Assembly: GCA_918797485.1 (NCBI GenBank)
Contig: CAKKNE010000001.1
Coordinates: 5,146,001 to 5,210,000, forward strand
Reading direction: 5' to 3'
From: Pelagomonas calceolata
Lineage: Eukaryota
DNA length: 64,000 nucleotides
The position numbers and the translations under genes are program-made. Positions 11,338-22,219 of the stretch are shown here, in pieces. The notes beneath the pieces were generated by a model that was not told where the DNA came from, did not search any database, and was given only the letters and a program-made list of their open reading frames with translations. Position 1 is the first letter of the stretch. Each line of letters begins with the position of its first letter.

Positions 11338-12666
11338 CTAGAGCGGCAACCAGCCCTCCTGGCCCGGGTTCATGCAACGCTCGTGGCCCGACTCCCAACC
11401 GCCGTCGCGTATAAGTCGTACGGTCAGCCAGCGCGTCTCGTCGTCGTCGTCGTCGTCGTCATCCGACTCCCACTCGACGTCCGATTGGCAATCAATTCGT
11501 GGCGGGGGTCCCAGAGGAGGCCCCTGGCGCGCCCCGCGGCGTTGCGCTGAACCCAACCAAGGCCCTTCGACCTTGCCAACGCCAGGTATCTCGTCCGGGA
11601 AAGTGACACTGCCGTTTTCGATGACGCTGGCCCGCTTGACCCAAGGAGGGCCGCGGCCCGGGAGTTGGCCAAAACTTCTATGTTGCGACACGAATTGAGT
11701 CGACGCGTCGAAACGGATCCGGGACCCTGCATCCTTGGCAATAACTCCAGAATGCGTACAGCAGCGAATGCGGCACGCCTGCAAATCCGCTCGTGCTCCA
11801 CCTTCGGCCATGCAGGCGTACTTGTTGGCTCCCTGGAAATCCACGCGCTCGAGCACCATGCTAGACTGCGGGCCCTCCGGTTCATCGCAATTTTCGCTGA
11901 TGGCGCCGAAATAGCTCCGGTTGACCGTGGTGTCTCTCGCCTCGATACGCCCGCCGCTGCTTGCCCGGAGCGCCATTCGGCCGAAGTTCGAGAACCAACA
12001 GTTCTCGATAGTGACGCGTGCGCCCTGGGTGGCAACTATGCCGCAGTCGTAGTTGCCCAACTCAACCGGCTCGTGCTCCTCCTCTACCTCGTCCCAGTCG
12101 TCAGAGACGCCCAAAAACGCAATATTGCGGAGCGTCAGTTGCGCGCCCGCGCCCTCGACCCAGAACACGCCGCCGTCGTCTTCTTCGCCGCCGCCGACGC
12201 GGGGTTCGTCAGATCCGCAAATCCAGGGGGATTCGCGGTGAGCGCTGTGCTCGAACTCGCCGCGCGGCGTCCGCCGCGTGCCGTAATTTAAACCTTTGGT
12301 GTTGCCCACGATCTGAAGGCGTATGGGCGGCACAGTGATAACCCTCTGGGAATCGTAGAAGCCATCGTCCACGAGTATCGTGTCGCCGTCGCGAGCCTGG
12401 GCGATCGCGTCTGCCAAGGATTCGGACCGCGCCAGGATTGTGTCCGCGCCCACGCCCACGCGGATCAGGTTGTTCGATACCGGCGCCAGATACGCCTTGG
12501 CCGTGCGGCCGGCGGTGCGAGGAATGTCGAGCGTGCACGCCTGGCCGCCCTTCACGAGGACGCAGTATGGGCCCGCGATGTCGATGATTTTTCTTATTAG
12601 CTCATCAGGCAGGTTTGCATGCCGTCGCTGCTGGACGCGCTGGCGCTGCGCGCGCGTGGCGGGCAT
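11338..12666 (-). CDS. Right-handed beta-helix protein with N-terminal F-box-like motif
   Basis: LPDELIRKII F-box-like; SLADAIAQARDGDTILVDDGFY followed by parallel beta-helix repeats. Confidence 0.65.
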   Translation of the reverse strand: MPATRAQRQRVQQRRHANLPDELIRKIIDIAGPYCVLVKGGQACTLDIPRTAGRTAKAYLAPVSNNLIRVGVGADTILARSESLADAIAQARDGDTILVDDGFYDSQRVITVPPIRLQIVGNTKGLNYGTRRTPRGEFEHSAHRESPWICGSDEPRVGGGEEDDGGVFWVEGAGAQLTLRNIAFLGVSDDWDEVEEEHEPVELGNYDCGIVATQGARVTIENCWFSNFGRMALRASSGGRIEARDTTVNRSYFGAISENCDEPEGPQSSMVLERVDFQGANKYACMAEGGARADLQACRIRCCTHSGVIAKDAGSRIRFDASTQFVSQHRSFGQLPGRGPPWVKRASVIENGSVTFPDEIPGVGKVEGPWLGSAQRRGARQGPPLGPPPRIDCQSDVEWESDDDDDDDDETRWLTVRLIRDGGWESGHERCMNPGQEGWLPL

Positions 12667-12776
12667 TGCTCTGGCAGCGAGACGTGGACTGTCGCTGCAC
12701 TGTGGGGCGCTTTGGACACGCGTTAAGCAATTTATGTGGGAGCTAGGCGCGAGGTAAGCCCAAGGCGCCGTGTTGG

Positions 12777-12797
12777 CTAGAGTGTCTGTAACGCTAG
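12777..12797 (+). promoter_or_regulatory. CTAG-box variant
   Basis: CTAGAGTGTCTGTAACGCTAG between divergent genes. Confidence 0.45.
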
Positions 12798-12932
12798 CTA
12801 GCAAGCCAGTCATCAGGCAGTCGCGCCACCGCACACAGGCATCGTCTCACAGCTTTGAGACGTGCCGTAAGCTGCACTGTGAGAGCGCTGTCACACAGCG
12901 CAGCGCATTGAGCCGCCACGAGGCCACGACCT

Positions 12933-15400
12933 ATGCGCCACCGCAGCAGCAGCCTCCTCGCCCTCGTCCTCCGCGGCGCAGCATCGATGGCGGCACCCAA
13001 GACCCCGCAGTCTACGCTCAGACCGGCCAAGGGCAGCGCAATAACGTTTGACGACATCGCGCGGATTCCAAGACCAGGTAGCCAAGGCGTCGCCAAGGCC
13101 GCGTTCTCGCCCGACGGCACGCACTTGACCTATTTAAAGTCCGGCGACGGCTCGCTGACGACGCAGCTCTACGCTACGGATGTCGCCACTGGAACGACCA
13201 AACTGGCCTTCGGGTCCGAGACGAACGAGGACTCGTTCACGCTGAGCAAGGAAGAGCAGATGCGTCGGGAAAGGGCCAGAGTCATGGCGACGGGCGTGAC
13301 GACGTACGCGTGGGCGAAGAATGCTGATGTTTTATTAGTGCCGGCGGACGGCGCCTTGTTCGTGAAGCAGGGTATTGCTGGCGCGGCCACGAAGCTCTTC
13401 GATGTCGATGCGTTCCCGGACGTCGGCCGGGGCCCTCCCCTAGATGCGAAGCTGTCTGAGGATGGTTCAAGGGTTGTGTTTGTTTGGAATGATGAGGTGA
13501 CCACCAGCGTCTCTCTTGTATGAAGCGTCGGTCGATGAAAAAAACTCACACGAAACATATACACTCAGACTTCTGAATTGTCCGTGAATGACCCGTGACA
13601 TCCCAATATACTCCGAGACCGCTACATATCGATGAAATGAGAGAACGTTGTCGTTGCGGCTCTCACAACAAAAACACGCAGGTCTGCGCCGTCGACATTA
13701 ATGAAGGCGTCCCGCGGCGCCTCACGACCGGCGCGAGGGACGTGGAGGGCGTGACGAACGGCGTCGCCGACTACTGCGCCATGGAGGAGATGGACCGCTA
13801 CGAGGGCTTCTGGCTGTCTCCTACTGGTAACCGCGTCTGCTTCGAACAAGTGGACGAGACTGATGTGTATTTACTCAAAATCCCGCGGCCCGGCGACGCC
13901 GAGGACCCGGGCGCGGCCGAGGAGCATAGGTACCCTTTTTCCGGTGCCACGAATCCCTCTGTGAAATTAGGAGTGGTTGGCGTGAGTGGTGGAGACGTCG
14001 CGTGGCTCGATTTAACAAAGGCCGGACTGGGCGAAGATACGTATCTGGCGAGAGTATACTGGGCCTCCGACGCCACCGTGTTGGCCTGCGTCCAATCGCG
14101 AGACCAGCGGACGATGAGATTAGTTGCTTACGATATCGATAAGGGCACAGATAGAGTGGTCCTCGAGGAGACCAATAAAGCCTGGCTGAACCTGAACGAC
14201 TGTCTCAGGTGGGGTATTGTGGAGGGTGAAGTCCTGATCGCGTCGGAGCGCGACGGCGTCCAGCACCTCTACGTCCACAGTACGGGAGACGGTAAGGTCT
14301 TGAGAAGGCTCACGGAGGGCACGGACTGCGTCGTCGAAGAGTTAATTGATATCCAGAACGGCCTCGTCTACTACCTAGGAGGCGATGTCGAACCAGCGAA
14401 ATGTACCGAGAGGCATCTGTTCAGCGTGCCCTATGATGGGTCATCACCACCAAAACGCGTCGACGACGCGGCGGGTGTTTATCTCGACGCCGCCGCCGTC
14501 TCCAAGAGTGGCGCGGTCTTCCTCCAGCATAGTGCTGTGGATGCGCCCGTCGTCGCGGAATTAAGAAGTGAGACCACGACAATTCTGAAAGATGCGTCGG
14601 ACGCACCGTTAGTCTCCCAGCTCAAGCCGCCCGAGTTCTTCGAGATCCCGTCGACGGACGGCGCGACGACGTTACGGGGCGCCTACTACGCGCCCGATGC
14701 AAACAAGTACGGGCCCGGGCCGTGGCCGACGGTCGTCAGTTGTTATGGCGGGCCCCACGTGCAGTTCGTGGCCGATAAATATGCGACGATGACCGGTGAC
14801 CTGCGGGCGCAGCATCTACGAGAAAGGGGCTACTTAGTTATCAAAGTAGACAATCGCGGGTCGAAAAGACGAGGTTTAGCTTTTGAGGCGGCGGTCCAGA
14901 ATAAGTTTGGGTGTTTGGAGGTCGACGATCAAGTGGCCGCCGTCGAGTGGGCCGTGTTATGTGGCAAGGCGGATCCCACGAGGGTGGGCATCTTCGGCTG
15001 GTCCTACGGCGGCTACCTGTCGGCGATGTGCCTCGCCAAGGCGCCCATGGTGTTCCGGTGTGCCGTGGCGGGCGCGCCGGTCGCGGCCTGGGATGGGTAC
15101 GACACGCATTATACGGAAAGGTACATGGGCACGCCCTCGTCGAATCCCGAGGGGTACAAAGAAGGCGACGTCTGCACGCACGTCGCGAACGTCGAAGGGG
15201 CGCTTATGCTGGTCCACGGTCTCGTCGACGAAAACGTCCACTTCCGGCATACCGCTAGGATCGCCCAGGCCATGGTCGACGCGGGAAAGGCCTACGACCT
15301 GCTGTGCTTCCCGAACGAGCGGCACTCGCCGCGGTCGGAGAAGGACCGGGCCTACCAGGAGGAGCGCGTCTTCGCGTTCCTGGAGACGTGGCTGAAGTAA
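12933..15400 (+). CDS. Dipeptidyl peptidase IV family (S9B) peptidase; exons 12933-13496 and 13682-15400
   Basis: GWSYGG nucleophile, HGLVDENVH, catalytic His (NERH), YGGP; phase-0 GT-AG intron 13497-13681 joins the two ORFs in frame (WNDE|VCAV). Confidence 0.9.
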
Positions 15401-15413
15401 CTACAAGTATTAA

Positions 15414-15597
15414 TCACCGCGTGCCCGGCTGCGTCTCGCGGACGCGGAGCGCAAATCGGGACTTTCGTAGGTCGAACTCAATGCCTCGTGTCAGCGGGTT
15501 CGCGCCACCGAGCACGCGCCGCGCGGTCCGTTCTATCTCCTCGAGCGTCGTCACGGCCTCGTGGAGATCGTCGAGCGTGGCGTCGGGGTCCATGCAG
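15414..15597 (-). pseudogene. 3' fragment of a MYND/RING/TPR family gene
   Basis: MDPDATLDDLHEAVTTLEEIERTARRVLGGANP; nucleotide sequence closely matches 25111-25205 of the full-length paralogue. Confidence 0.75.
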
Positions 15598-16817
15598 CGG
15601 GGCCCGTGGTACGACTTCTGGCGGGCCCTCGGCGGCACCGACGCTATATATCATGGCCTCGACGCGACGGAGCGCGCGTGGTTGCAAATAGAGCAGGCCG
15701 CCCGTCTGAAATCGGCGCGCGGCGTCCCGGGCCCGTTCAACTCGAGCCGGACCTTTCCCGCGGACCGCCTCGCGCTCTTCGCGCGGGCGCTGGGCGCGCC
15801 CTTCAACAATCTAGAGGCGCGCTTGGAACGAGAACTGGACCGGGGCGCGACGGCCACGAATGTAAGCCGGGGCGACCGCAAACTTTTTGTGGTCGTGACG
15901 ATCCAGCGCACGGGGAGCACGTGGCTCACGCACGAGCTCGACTCACACTCCTGCATCAGTAGCGCCGGCGAATTATTTCTAAGTGCCAAGGAGGGCAAGA
16001 TGCGCCACACGACGTGGACGTGGAAGGAGTCCACGAAGTTCGAGATGCTCGCGGCGTTAATAAATGCGAATCTCGACCACCAAGACCCGCTGCTCGAGGG
16101 CGTGCCCCACAACCACGCGAAGTGGCGCGACCGATGTGTCTATCAACAGACGACGGGTCTAAAAGCCGAGGCTTGTGGATTTAAGTGGATGCTGTCGCAG
16201 GGCGTCGACCTGGCCTGGGACGCGTGGTTCGGGCGCCTCGCGCAGAACCACGGCATCTCCCTCATCTTCCTGAAGCGCGAGAACTTGCTGAGGAACTTCT
16301 TGTCGTGGTACGACAAAGAACGCCACGCGCTGTCCGGCGGCGATGGTAGAGTAGTGACGGGGCGCTTCCGCCTGCCTACCGAAGTATTAATAGAGGACAT
16401 GGTGCCCGGCGGCGTCGAGAGGTCCCTTCTGTCGCGTCGGACGCCGCGACGCCGCACGCGTTCATCACGCAGGAGAAGACGGAGGCGCAGTTCGCGCGCC
16501 TGGACAAGATCGCGGCGGACGCTAAACAACGAGGCCTCCGGACGCTCGCGGTCACGTACGAGGGGCTCCAGGCGCCCTGCCGGGGGTGCGCCGAGGACAA
16601 GGCCGCGGGCCTCGCGCGCGTGGCGCGCTTCGTGCTCCCGAAGCCGGGCGCCTGCGCGAGAAACTTCACCTTCGCGGGCCGCGAGGACGACGGCGACGTC
16701 AAGCTCCACGCGGCAACCGTCGCGGAGTCGATCACTAATTGGGCGGAAGTCGTCGCCAAGCTCCGGGGGACGCGCTTCGAGAAATACCTCACGATGGACG
16801 GGTCGGTGCTCCCATAG
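15592..16817 (+). CDS. Sulfotransferase (Stf0-like); exons 15592-16401 and 16473-16817; 5' end possibly lost
   Basis: PAPS-binding QRTGSTWL, GFKWM, LKRENLL..FLS, VTYEGL, ITNWAEV; 71-nt GT-AG intron 16402-16472 restores frame. Confidence 0.75.
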
Positions 16818-16833
16818 CTAATGTACATACTCA

Positions 16834-17916
16834 TTACGTCGTTTCTAGCCCCTGTGACGACCCTCCCTTGCGGTCGCGGACCACCGCGAGGCCGAACGCG
16901 AAGAGTTGCGCCAGGCAGGGTGCGAGCCACGTGCCGGCGACGGCCGCGGAGCCGGCCGTCGCCGCGGCGCGGTAGTAGTCCCTCCGCTCGTCGGCGCGGC
17001 GGTCGTCGCGCCATCGGTCCGCCGCTTCTCGAAATGCCTCGGCTCGTGGCCCCGCTCGCTCGGGCGGTGCCGTGACCTGGAAGTATTTCTCCGCCCTCGC
17101 GCACGCCTCCTCTATTTCCGTCTCGGACGGCGCCGCGGGCCGCCACGGCGCGATGATCGCCTGCTCGACGGCGTAGCTGCTTCCTGCTGCGAGCACCGCC
17201 GCGACGAGCGGCGCGAACAAAAGGGCGCCCTGGAGGCCCGCGCCGACGAGCGGCCACAATACCCGCTCGGGATCGCCATATAATTCTTCCGGCGTCAAAG
17301 CGGCGGCCGACGCGAGCCTCACGAACGCGTCACGCACGTACGGCTGCGCGATGCCGTGCGCGTATAAATTGGACATCACGACGTACGTCGCTCCGAGCGC
17401 ACCCCGCGCCGCAAATGCCGTCACGCTGTCTTCGTCGTAGCGCCGCGCGACCCGCACAGGTAATTGCTCGTCGTCAATAGTAAGGCGCAGCGGGCTCAGC
17501 GGCAGCGCCACGGCCGCTCTTAGAGGCGTCTCGTCCGTGTCCCGGACCACAAAAAACAACGCCACGGTCGCGAGAACGCCTCGTATGACGTCCGGGGACA
17601 TGTCCTTGGCCGGTAGAAAGCCGAGCACCGGGGCAATAATCAGCCATTCCAATGGCCCCAGCAGCGCGAGCGACACGAGCCACGTCGGGAAGGAAGCGTC
17701 CCAGCGCCGGTTCGCCTCCGTTGCGCTGGGCTTCCGCGGCTCTATGTCAAGCACCTCAACGAAGCGGCGGCGACCGATCGACTCGTCCTCTGCCGCAGCG
17801 ACTTTATCATCATCGCTTTGTGCTGCAGGGCGTGCGCGCGTGCGAGTACAATGCAGGGGTGTGGGCGGCAGCCATGCGGATGCCGCGCAGGCGTAGAAAG
17901 CGATCGCGTTTCGCAT
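16834..17916 (-). CDS. Probable plastid membrane protein of unknown function
   Basis: MRNAIAFYACAASAW bipartite leader (ASAW) and several TM segments. Confidence 0.6.
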   Translation of the reverse strand: MRNAIAFYACAASAWLPPTPLHCTRTRARPAAQSDDDKVAAAEDESIGRRRFVEVLDIEPRKPSATEANRRWDASFPTWLVSLALLGPLEWLIIAPVLGFLPAKDMSPDVIRGVLATVALFFVVRDTDETPLRAAVALPLSPLRLTIDDEQLPVRVARRYDEDSVTAFAARGALGATYVVMSNLYAHGIAQPYVRDAFVRLASAAALTPEELYGDPERVLWPLVGAGLQGALLFAPLVAAVLAAGSSYAVEQAIIAPWRPAAPSETEIEEACARAEKYFQVTAPPERAGPRAEAFREAADRWRDDRRADERRDYYRAAATAGSAAVAGTWLAPCLAQLFAFGLAVVRDRKGGSSQGLETT

Positions 17917-18002
17917 CGGGTACTTCGAAATCGCTAAGAAACAAGGCAAACAGCCATCAGGTGCCCTGTCCTGCCTCGCAAAAGCTTTTGGTCTTGGGCT
18001 TC

Positions 18003-18024
18003 CTAGTGTCTTACTGGACGCTAG
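18003..18024 (+). promoter_or_regulatory. CTAG-box
   Basis: CTAGTGTCTTACTGGACGCTAG between divergent genes. Confidence 0.6.
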
Positions 18025-18292
18025 GTCAAAAAAAGCTGAAACCGGCGCTCAAAATCTACGGGGTTGGGCCACCGCTGGCCGAGTCACAGCTCTTCGTCGA
18101 CGACTCCGCAGCGCTGACCACGCGCTCTCGCGATCGCAACGCCTCTGGCTGCGCTGGGAAGGAGCACCAAGCCAAAACGAGTTAAAAGGAAATCAGCAGG
18201 CTCGGCCGGGTAGCTAGGCGGCCTAGCTCTAAGCAAAGCAAATCAACCGACAGCGGGATCGCGCGGCGGCAGCGCGCGGCGGCACCGAGGAC

Positions 18293-19081
18293 ATGGCAGC
18301 CATGGCCGACGGCGAGGGCGACGAGAAAGCTTTGAGGTTCTACACGGCCTGTTTTGATGGCAATTTGGACGAAGTTCAGAGGATCGTGCAGGGCAATCCT
18401 GATTTAGAATTAAATAGGGTGATCCACGGCGGCACGGCGTTCGCGGCGGCGGTGCAGAACTCGCACGTCGACGTGGTGCGGTACCTCGCGGGCCTGGGCG
18501 CGGACATGGAGACGCCGATCCACGACGGCGCGACGCCGGCCTTCATCGCGTGCTATCGGGGCAACGTCGAGATCGTGCGGTTTTTGTGTAGCCAGATGGT
18601 AAATTTGGAAACCCCAAACGCGAACGGGAACACGCCCTTTGCCATCGCGGCGCAACATAGAAGGCTGGATATCGCGGAAATATTATTGCAGCACGGCGTG
18701 AACATCGCGCCGGTCAACAAGAAAGGGAGCACGCCCTTTTTTTTCGCGTGCCAAGAGGGCAACCTGGACGTGGTCAAGTTCCTGGTGCGGAACGGCGCCG
18801 ACGCACGACTGGGAAAGAACGGCATCTCGCCCTTCCACATGGCCTGTTATCGCGGGCATTTAGATGTGGTCACTTACTTGGTCGTAGAGGTCGAGGTCGA
18901 CGCGCGCGCGGTCGACGGAAGTGGAAGGACGCCTTTGGAAGTAGCGCGGCGGGCGAAGAAGGCGGACGTCATCAACTTCCTCGAGCAGATCGACGCGGAG
19001 AAGGACAAGGGGATTGATCCATTACCGCTCTGCGCCGGGCCGAACGGGTCCTGCTCCGACGCGGGCTGCGCGCTGTCGTAG
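18293..19081 (+). CDS. Ankyrin repeat protein
   Basis: Repeated G-TP--IA---G-LDVV-FL consensus (~6 repeats). Confidence 0.9.
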   Translation: MAAMADGEGDEKALRFYTACFDGNLDEVQRIVQGNPDLELNRVIHGGTAFAAAVQNSHVDVVRYLAGLGADMETPIHDGATPAFIACYRGNVEIVRFLCSQMVNLETPNANGNTPFAIAAQHRRLDIAEILLQHGVNIAPVNKKGSTPFFFACQEGNLDVVKFLVRNGADARLGKNGISPFHMACYRGHLDVVTYLVVEVEVDARAVDGSGRTPLEVARRAKKADVINFLEQIDAEKDKGIDPLPLCAGPNGSCSDAGCALS

Positions 19082-19137
19082 TCGCTTTTTACTAATACTC
19101 TATACTTCCTGCTGTTGTGGGGAGACGCGTCGCGGCG

Positions 19138-20013
19138 ATGATGGCGTCGTTGTGGCTCGCTCTCCAGTTTGACTGTGGCCCGGGCAGCCTTTGCGAGAAG
19201 GCAATGCGTTTGGGGCGAGGGCAGCGCGCCGTTGAATTCAAATCCAGCTGCGCGCAGTCATTTTGGTCGTATTTACCCCTTCACGACGCGTGGGCTGCCA
19301 TGCGATGTTGCTGGAGCGTCTTACCGCTGCCCAAACTAAATTTCATGGCCAAAAGCGACCGTGACTTCGTGGTGGCCTGCTACGACGGCCAAGTGGAGGC
19401 AGTGACATTAATGTTGAAGAGCGGCCAATTCGACGGCAACACCTCTACTTCTGGGCAATCCGCCCTCTGCGCCGCGGCTGCCGGCGTCCGGGGCGGACGG
19501 CCGCAGAGCGACGAGATCAAGGTGCGGCTCATCCGGCTACTCTGCGCGCACGGCGCGGATCCGAACCGATTCAACTGGCGCAAGTGGAGCCCTCTGCATT
19601 ACGCCATCTTGAACGGAAGCAGCGTCGTGGCGACGGAGCTCCTCGACCAAGGCGCCGACGTCGACGCGCTCTTCGACGGCGCGACGCCGCTCGTGCTGGT
19701 GGCTTGCGAGGATCCACGTTATCCTACGACCGTATCTAATGGGGGTCCAGCGTGCGTCGTCGCCCATCAACGTTCCTCGGCTCTGACGCCAGGGGCCAAG
19801 CGGACTCTGATGCGACTCCTCTTGGATCGCGGCGCGTCGCCCCTCGCAATTCGAAACGCCCATCGCGTGACGGACGACGCGCGGACGATCCTGCGCCAGT
19901 ATTATTCGATCGTCGTGCACCTGAACGTGTTCGGGACCGCGTCCTCGTGCCCGAACCCCGCGCGGCTCTCCGCGATTGACCTGGTGCCCACCATCGCCTC
20001 GTATGTGATATGA
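19138..20013 (+). CDS. Ankyrin repeat protein (start uncertain)
   Basis: WSPLHYAILNG, LLDQGADVDA, GATPLVL. Confidence 0.7.
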   Translation: MMASLWLALQFDCGPGSLCEKAMRLGRGQRAVEFKSSCAQSFWSYLPLHDAWAAMRCCWSVLPLPKLNFMAKSDRDFVVACYDGQVEAVTLMLKSGQFDGNTSTSGQSALCAAAAGVRGGRPQSDEIKVRLIRLLCAHGADPNRFNWRKWSPLHYAILNGSSVVATELLDQGADVDALFDGATPLVLVACEDPRYPTTVSNGGPACVVAHQRSSALTPGAKRTLMRLLLDRGASPLAIRNAHRVTDDARTILRQYYSIVVHLNVFGTASSCPNPARLSAIDLVPTIASYVI

Positions 20014-20177
20014 TGCCGTAAGAAGGCTAGTGAGCGCGCAGAGACGTGTCCGGGCTCACGATTTAGCGGCTCGAGCGCCTCGCGCGCAGCGCGAGGCAGA
20101 GCGGGCTGCGTCTCACCGCCGCCTAGCGCTCGAAGGGCAGCACCGCCATCATCGTCGGAGGAGCGGCAGCGTAAGCC

Positions 20178-21068
20178 ATGGGCAAGAAGAAGGGCAAGGC
20201 CGACGCGGCGCCCACCGGGAAACCAGTGCCCACCTTCTACGTCTCGCCCCACTACGCCGACGACGACAAGGCCGTCGTGAAGCTGCCCAAGGCCCTGTGC
20301 ACGTGCTGGCGCAACATCTGCGAGAAGAAGCTCGAGACGTGCGAGGTCTGCTGCTACTCGCCGCGCAACGCGTCGCGGCACTACCAGGTTCTGAACGCGC
20401 CGTCGCCGGAGCGCGTCGACCTGAGTCCAAGGTTGGAGCGGGTCAAGCTCGAGACGGCCGCGGCGGGCGGCCAGGCGCGGAGCCAGGTGTTTGGAGATAG
20501 ATTAGAGAGCGACGCCGGCGTCGTGGCGCCCAAGGGGTCAAGATTAGCGGATTTACGCGAGGAGCAGCTCGGCGAGCTGTTGTGTAGGTACACGGACGCT
20601 GTGGAACGAGATAAATTATTAGGCGTCGAGCGGCCGGACATCTTGATAAGGCGCGCTGCATTATTATCGGCGGCGGGCGAGCACGAGCGCGCGAAGAGCG
20701 ACGCGCAGGAGGCCGTGCGGCTCGTGCCGACGATGGCCGTGGCCCACTTTCGGGTCGGCGTGGCCGAGTTCGAGCTCGAGAACTACGAGGCCGCCGTGCG
20801 GGCCTTCGCCGAGGGCCTCAAGGCGTCGCCCGGGTCCTGCGATCTCAGGAGAGCGCGGGACGCGGCGCTCGTGGCGCTGCGCGCGCGGCCGGGCCGGCTC
20901 GAGGCGCTCCACGCGGCCCAGAGACGTCGCGAGCGCGAGGCCAACGAGATGGTGATGCTGAAGATCAACAAGCTGACGGCCGCGAAGGCCGCCGCGCGCC
21001 GCATCAAGGAGAAGTCTCAAGGCAGCCGGCCGGGTTCGCGGGCATCGTCTCGGCAATCTTCGAGGTGA
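20178..21068 (+). CDS. TPR-containing protein
   Basis: AKSDAQEAVRLVP...AHFRVGVAEFELENYEAAVRAFAEGLK TPR helices. Confidence 0.75.
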   Translation: MGKKKGKADAAPTGKPVPTFYVSPHYADDDKAVVKLPKALCTCWRNICEKKLETCEVCCYSPRNASRHYQVLNAPSPERVDLSPRLERVKLETAAAGGQARSQVFGDRLESDAGVVAPKGSRLADLREEQLGELLCRYTDAVERDKLLGVERPDILIRRAALLSAAGEHERAKSDAQEAVRLVPTMAVAHFRVGVAEFELENYEAAVRAFAEGLKASPGSCDLRRARDAALVALRARPGRLEALHAAQRRREREANEMVMLKINKLTAAKAAARRIKEKSQGSRPGSRASSRQSSR

Positions 21069-21116
21069 CATAAATTCAAACACACTAAGTATAGTAGTCG
21101 CTACGCGATGCGGCAG

Positions 21117-21137
21117 CTAGCGCCAGTGAGACACTAG
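21117..21137 (-). promoter_or_regulatory. CTAG-box
   Basis: CTAGCGCCAGTGAGACACTAG ~170 bp upstream of ATG 21305. Confidence 0.55.
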
Positions 21138-21304
21138 CACGCAGCGGCTCGGAGCTCGGGTCCCAGCACAACGCAGAGACGCTGAATACACAGGCATCGC
21201 ACGTCTAGGGCAAGATTTATACGGGCATTGATCGCCTGTGCAATTTCTATCAACAGCCGAGGCCTTGTGACCAGGTAGACCAGCCTGACCAGGGAGACCA
21301 TAAA

Positions 21305-22183
21305 ATGGAGCAATCACCCGAGGAGACCCGCCGGGCGCCTCTCCTGAGCGAAGCGCCGCCATCACCAATGCACGATGCCGAAGAGATGGAAGAGATCGAG
21401 TGCGGTAAGGTCGAAGCAGTGTGTCGGTGCTGCGGCGCGTGCCAGGGCGGCCCGCAGCACGACGTCGCCGCGGCGAATAAATGTGTGACCCGTCTTCTCG
21501 CCTGGATCGCAATGAATTTGCTCGTATATGCGGGTCAACGTGCCATGGTCGCCGCGGGCCTGCCATCCGACGGTATCGACCCAACCGGGCGTCGCGCGAC
21601 GTTCATCCTAGAAAGCGTCCAGATGCTCATCCTTCACGCGTGCGGCACAGCCATTTTCGCGCACGTGCTCGCGCCCGAGCGACGACTACTGACTCGCTGG
21701 ACGGCAAACGCGGGCTTCTTCGTCGTCGCGTCAGTCACAGGATGCGTATTCAGCCTGCTGTCCGATCTCACGCCGCTCGAAACGTCGCTGTCGTCCAGGG
21801 GCGGCGAGGGCGCGGCCTACATCGCCGTCTCGTGTGCTGTCGCATTTTTTGTTCTTCTCGGATTGTGGTTTCATGTGTGGTATGCGCGGCGGTCGAGCAC
21901 GAAACTCGGCGTCATGCCGTATCTGGCACCACGCCTGGCCGTCGTCGGCGCGTATGCCGCGTACATCATCGTCCTAGACGTCAATAATGATGCGTGGGAG
22001 CTCCATCACTATCTCATCGCGTGGATTGGAACGCTGTTCTGTGCCTTCGACCACCCTGCCTCTGTGGTCTGCCTGGCCATCACGACGGGCATCTTCGTCC
22101 AGGGCCTCGCCGCGTACGGCCCGGCGGAGATCTCCGACCGGCGGGCGGAATACGTCGACTGGTCACCCAATGGTCCCGGGTAA
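21305..22183 (+). CDS. Multi-pass membrane protein of unknown function
   Basis: ~7 TM segments; C-terminal LHHYLIAW and GIFVQGLAAYG motifs. Confidence 0.65.
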   Translation: MEQSPEETRRAPLLSEAPPSPMHDAEEMEEIECGKVEAVCRCCGACQGGPQHDVAAANKCVTRLLAWIAMNLLVYAGQRAMVAAGLPSDGIDPTGRRATFILESVQMLILHACGTAIFAHVLAPERRLLTRWTANAGFFVVASVTGCVFSLLSDLTPLETSLSSRGGEGAAYIAVSCAVAFFVLLGLWFHVWYARRSSTKLGVMPYLAPRLAVVGAYAAYIIVLDVNNDAWELHHYLIAWIGTLFCAFDHPASVVCLAITTGIFVQGLAAYGPAEISDRRAEYVDWSPNGPG

Positions 22184-22219
22184 GAAAGTATGGACAAAAA
22201 CTTTACCACACAATCCCCA

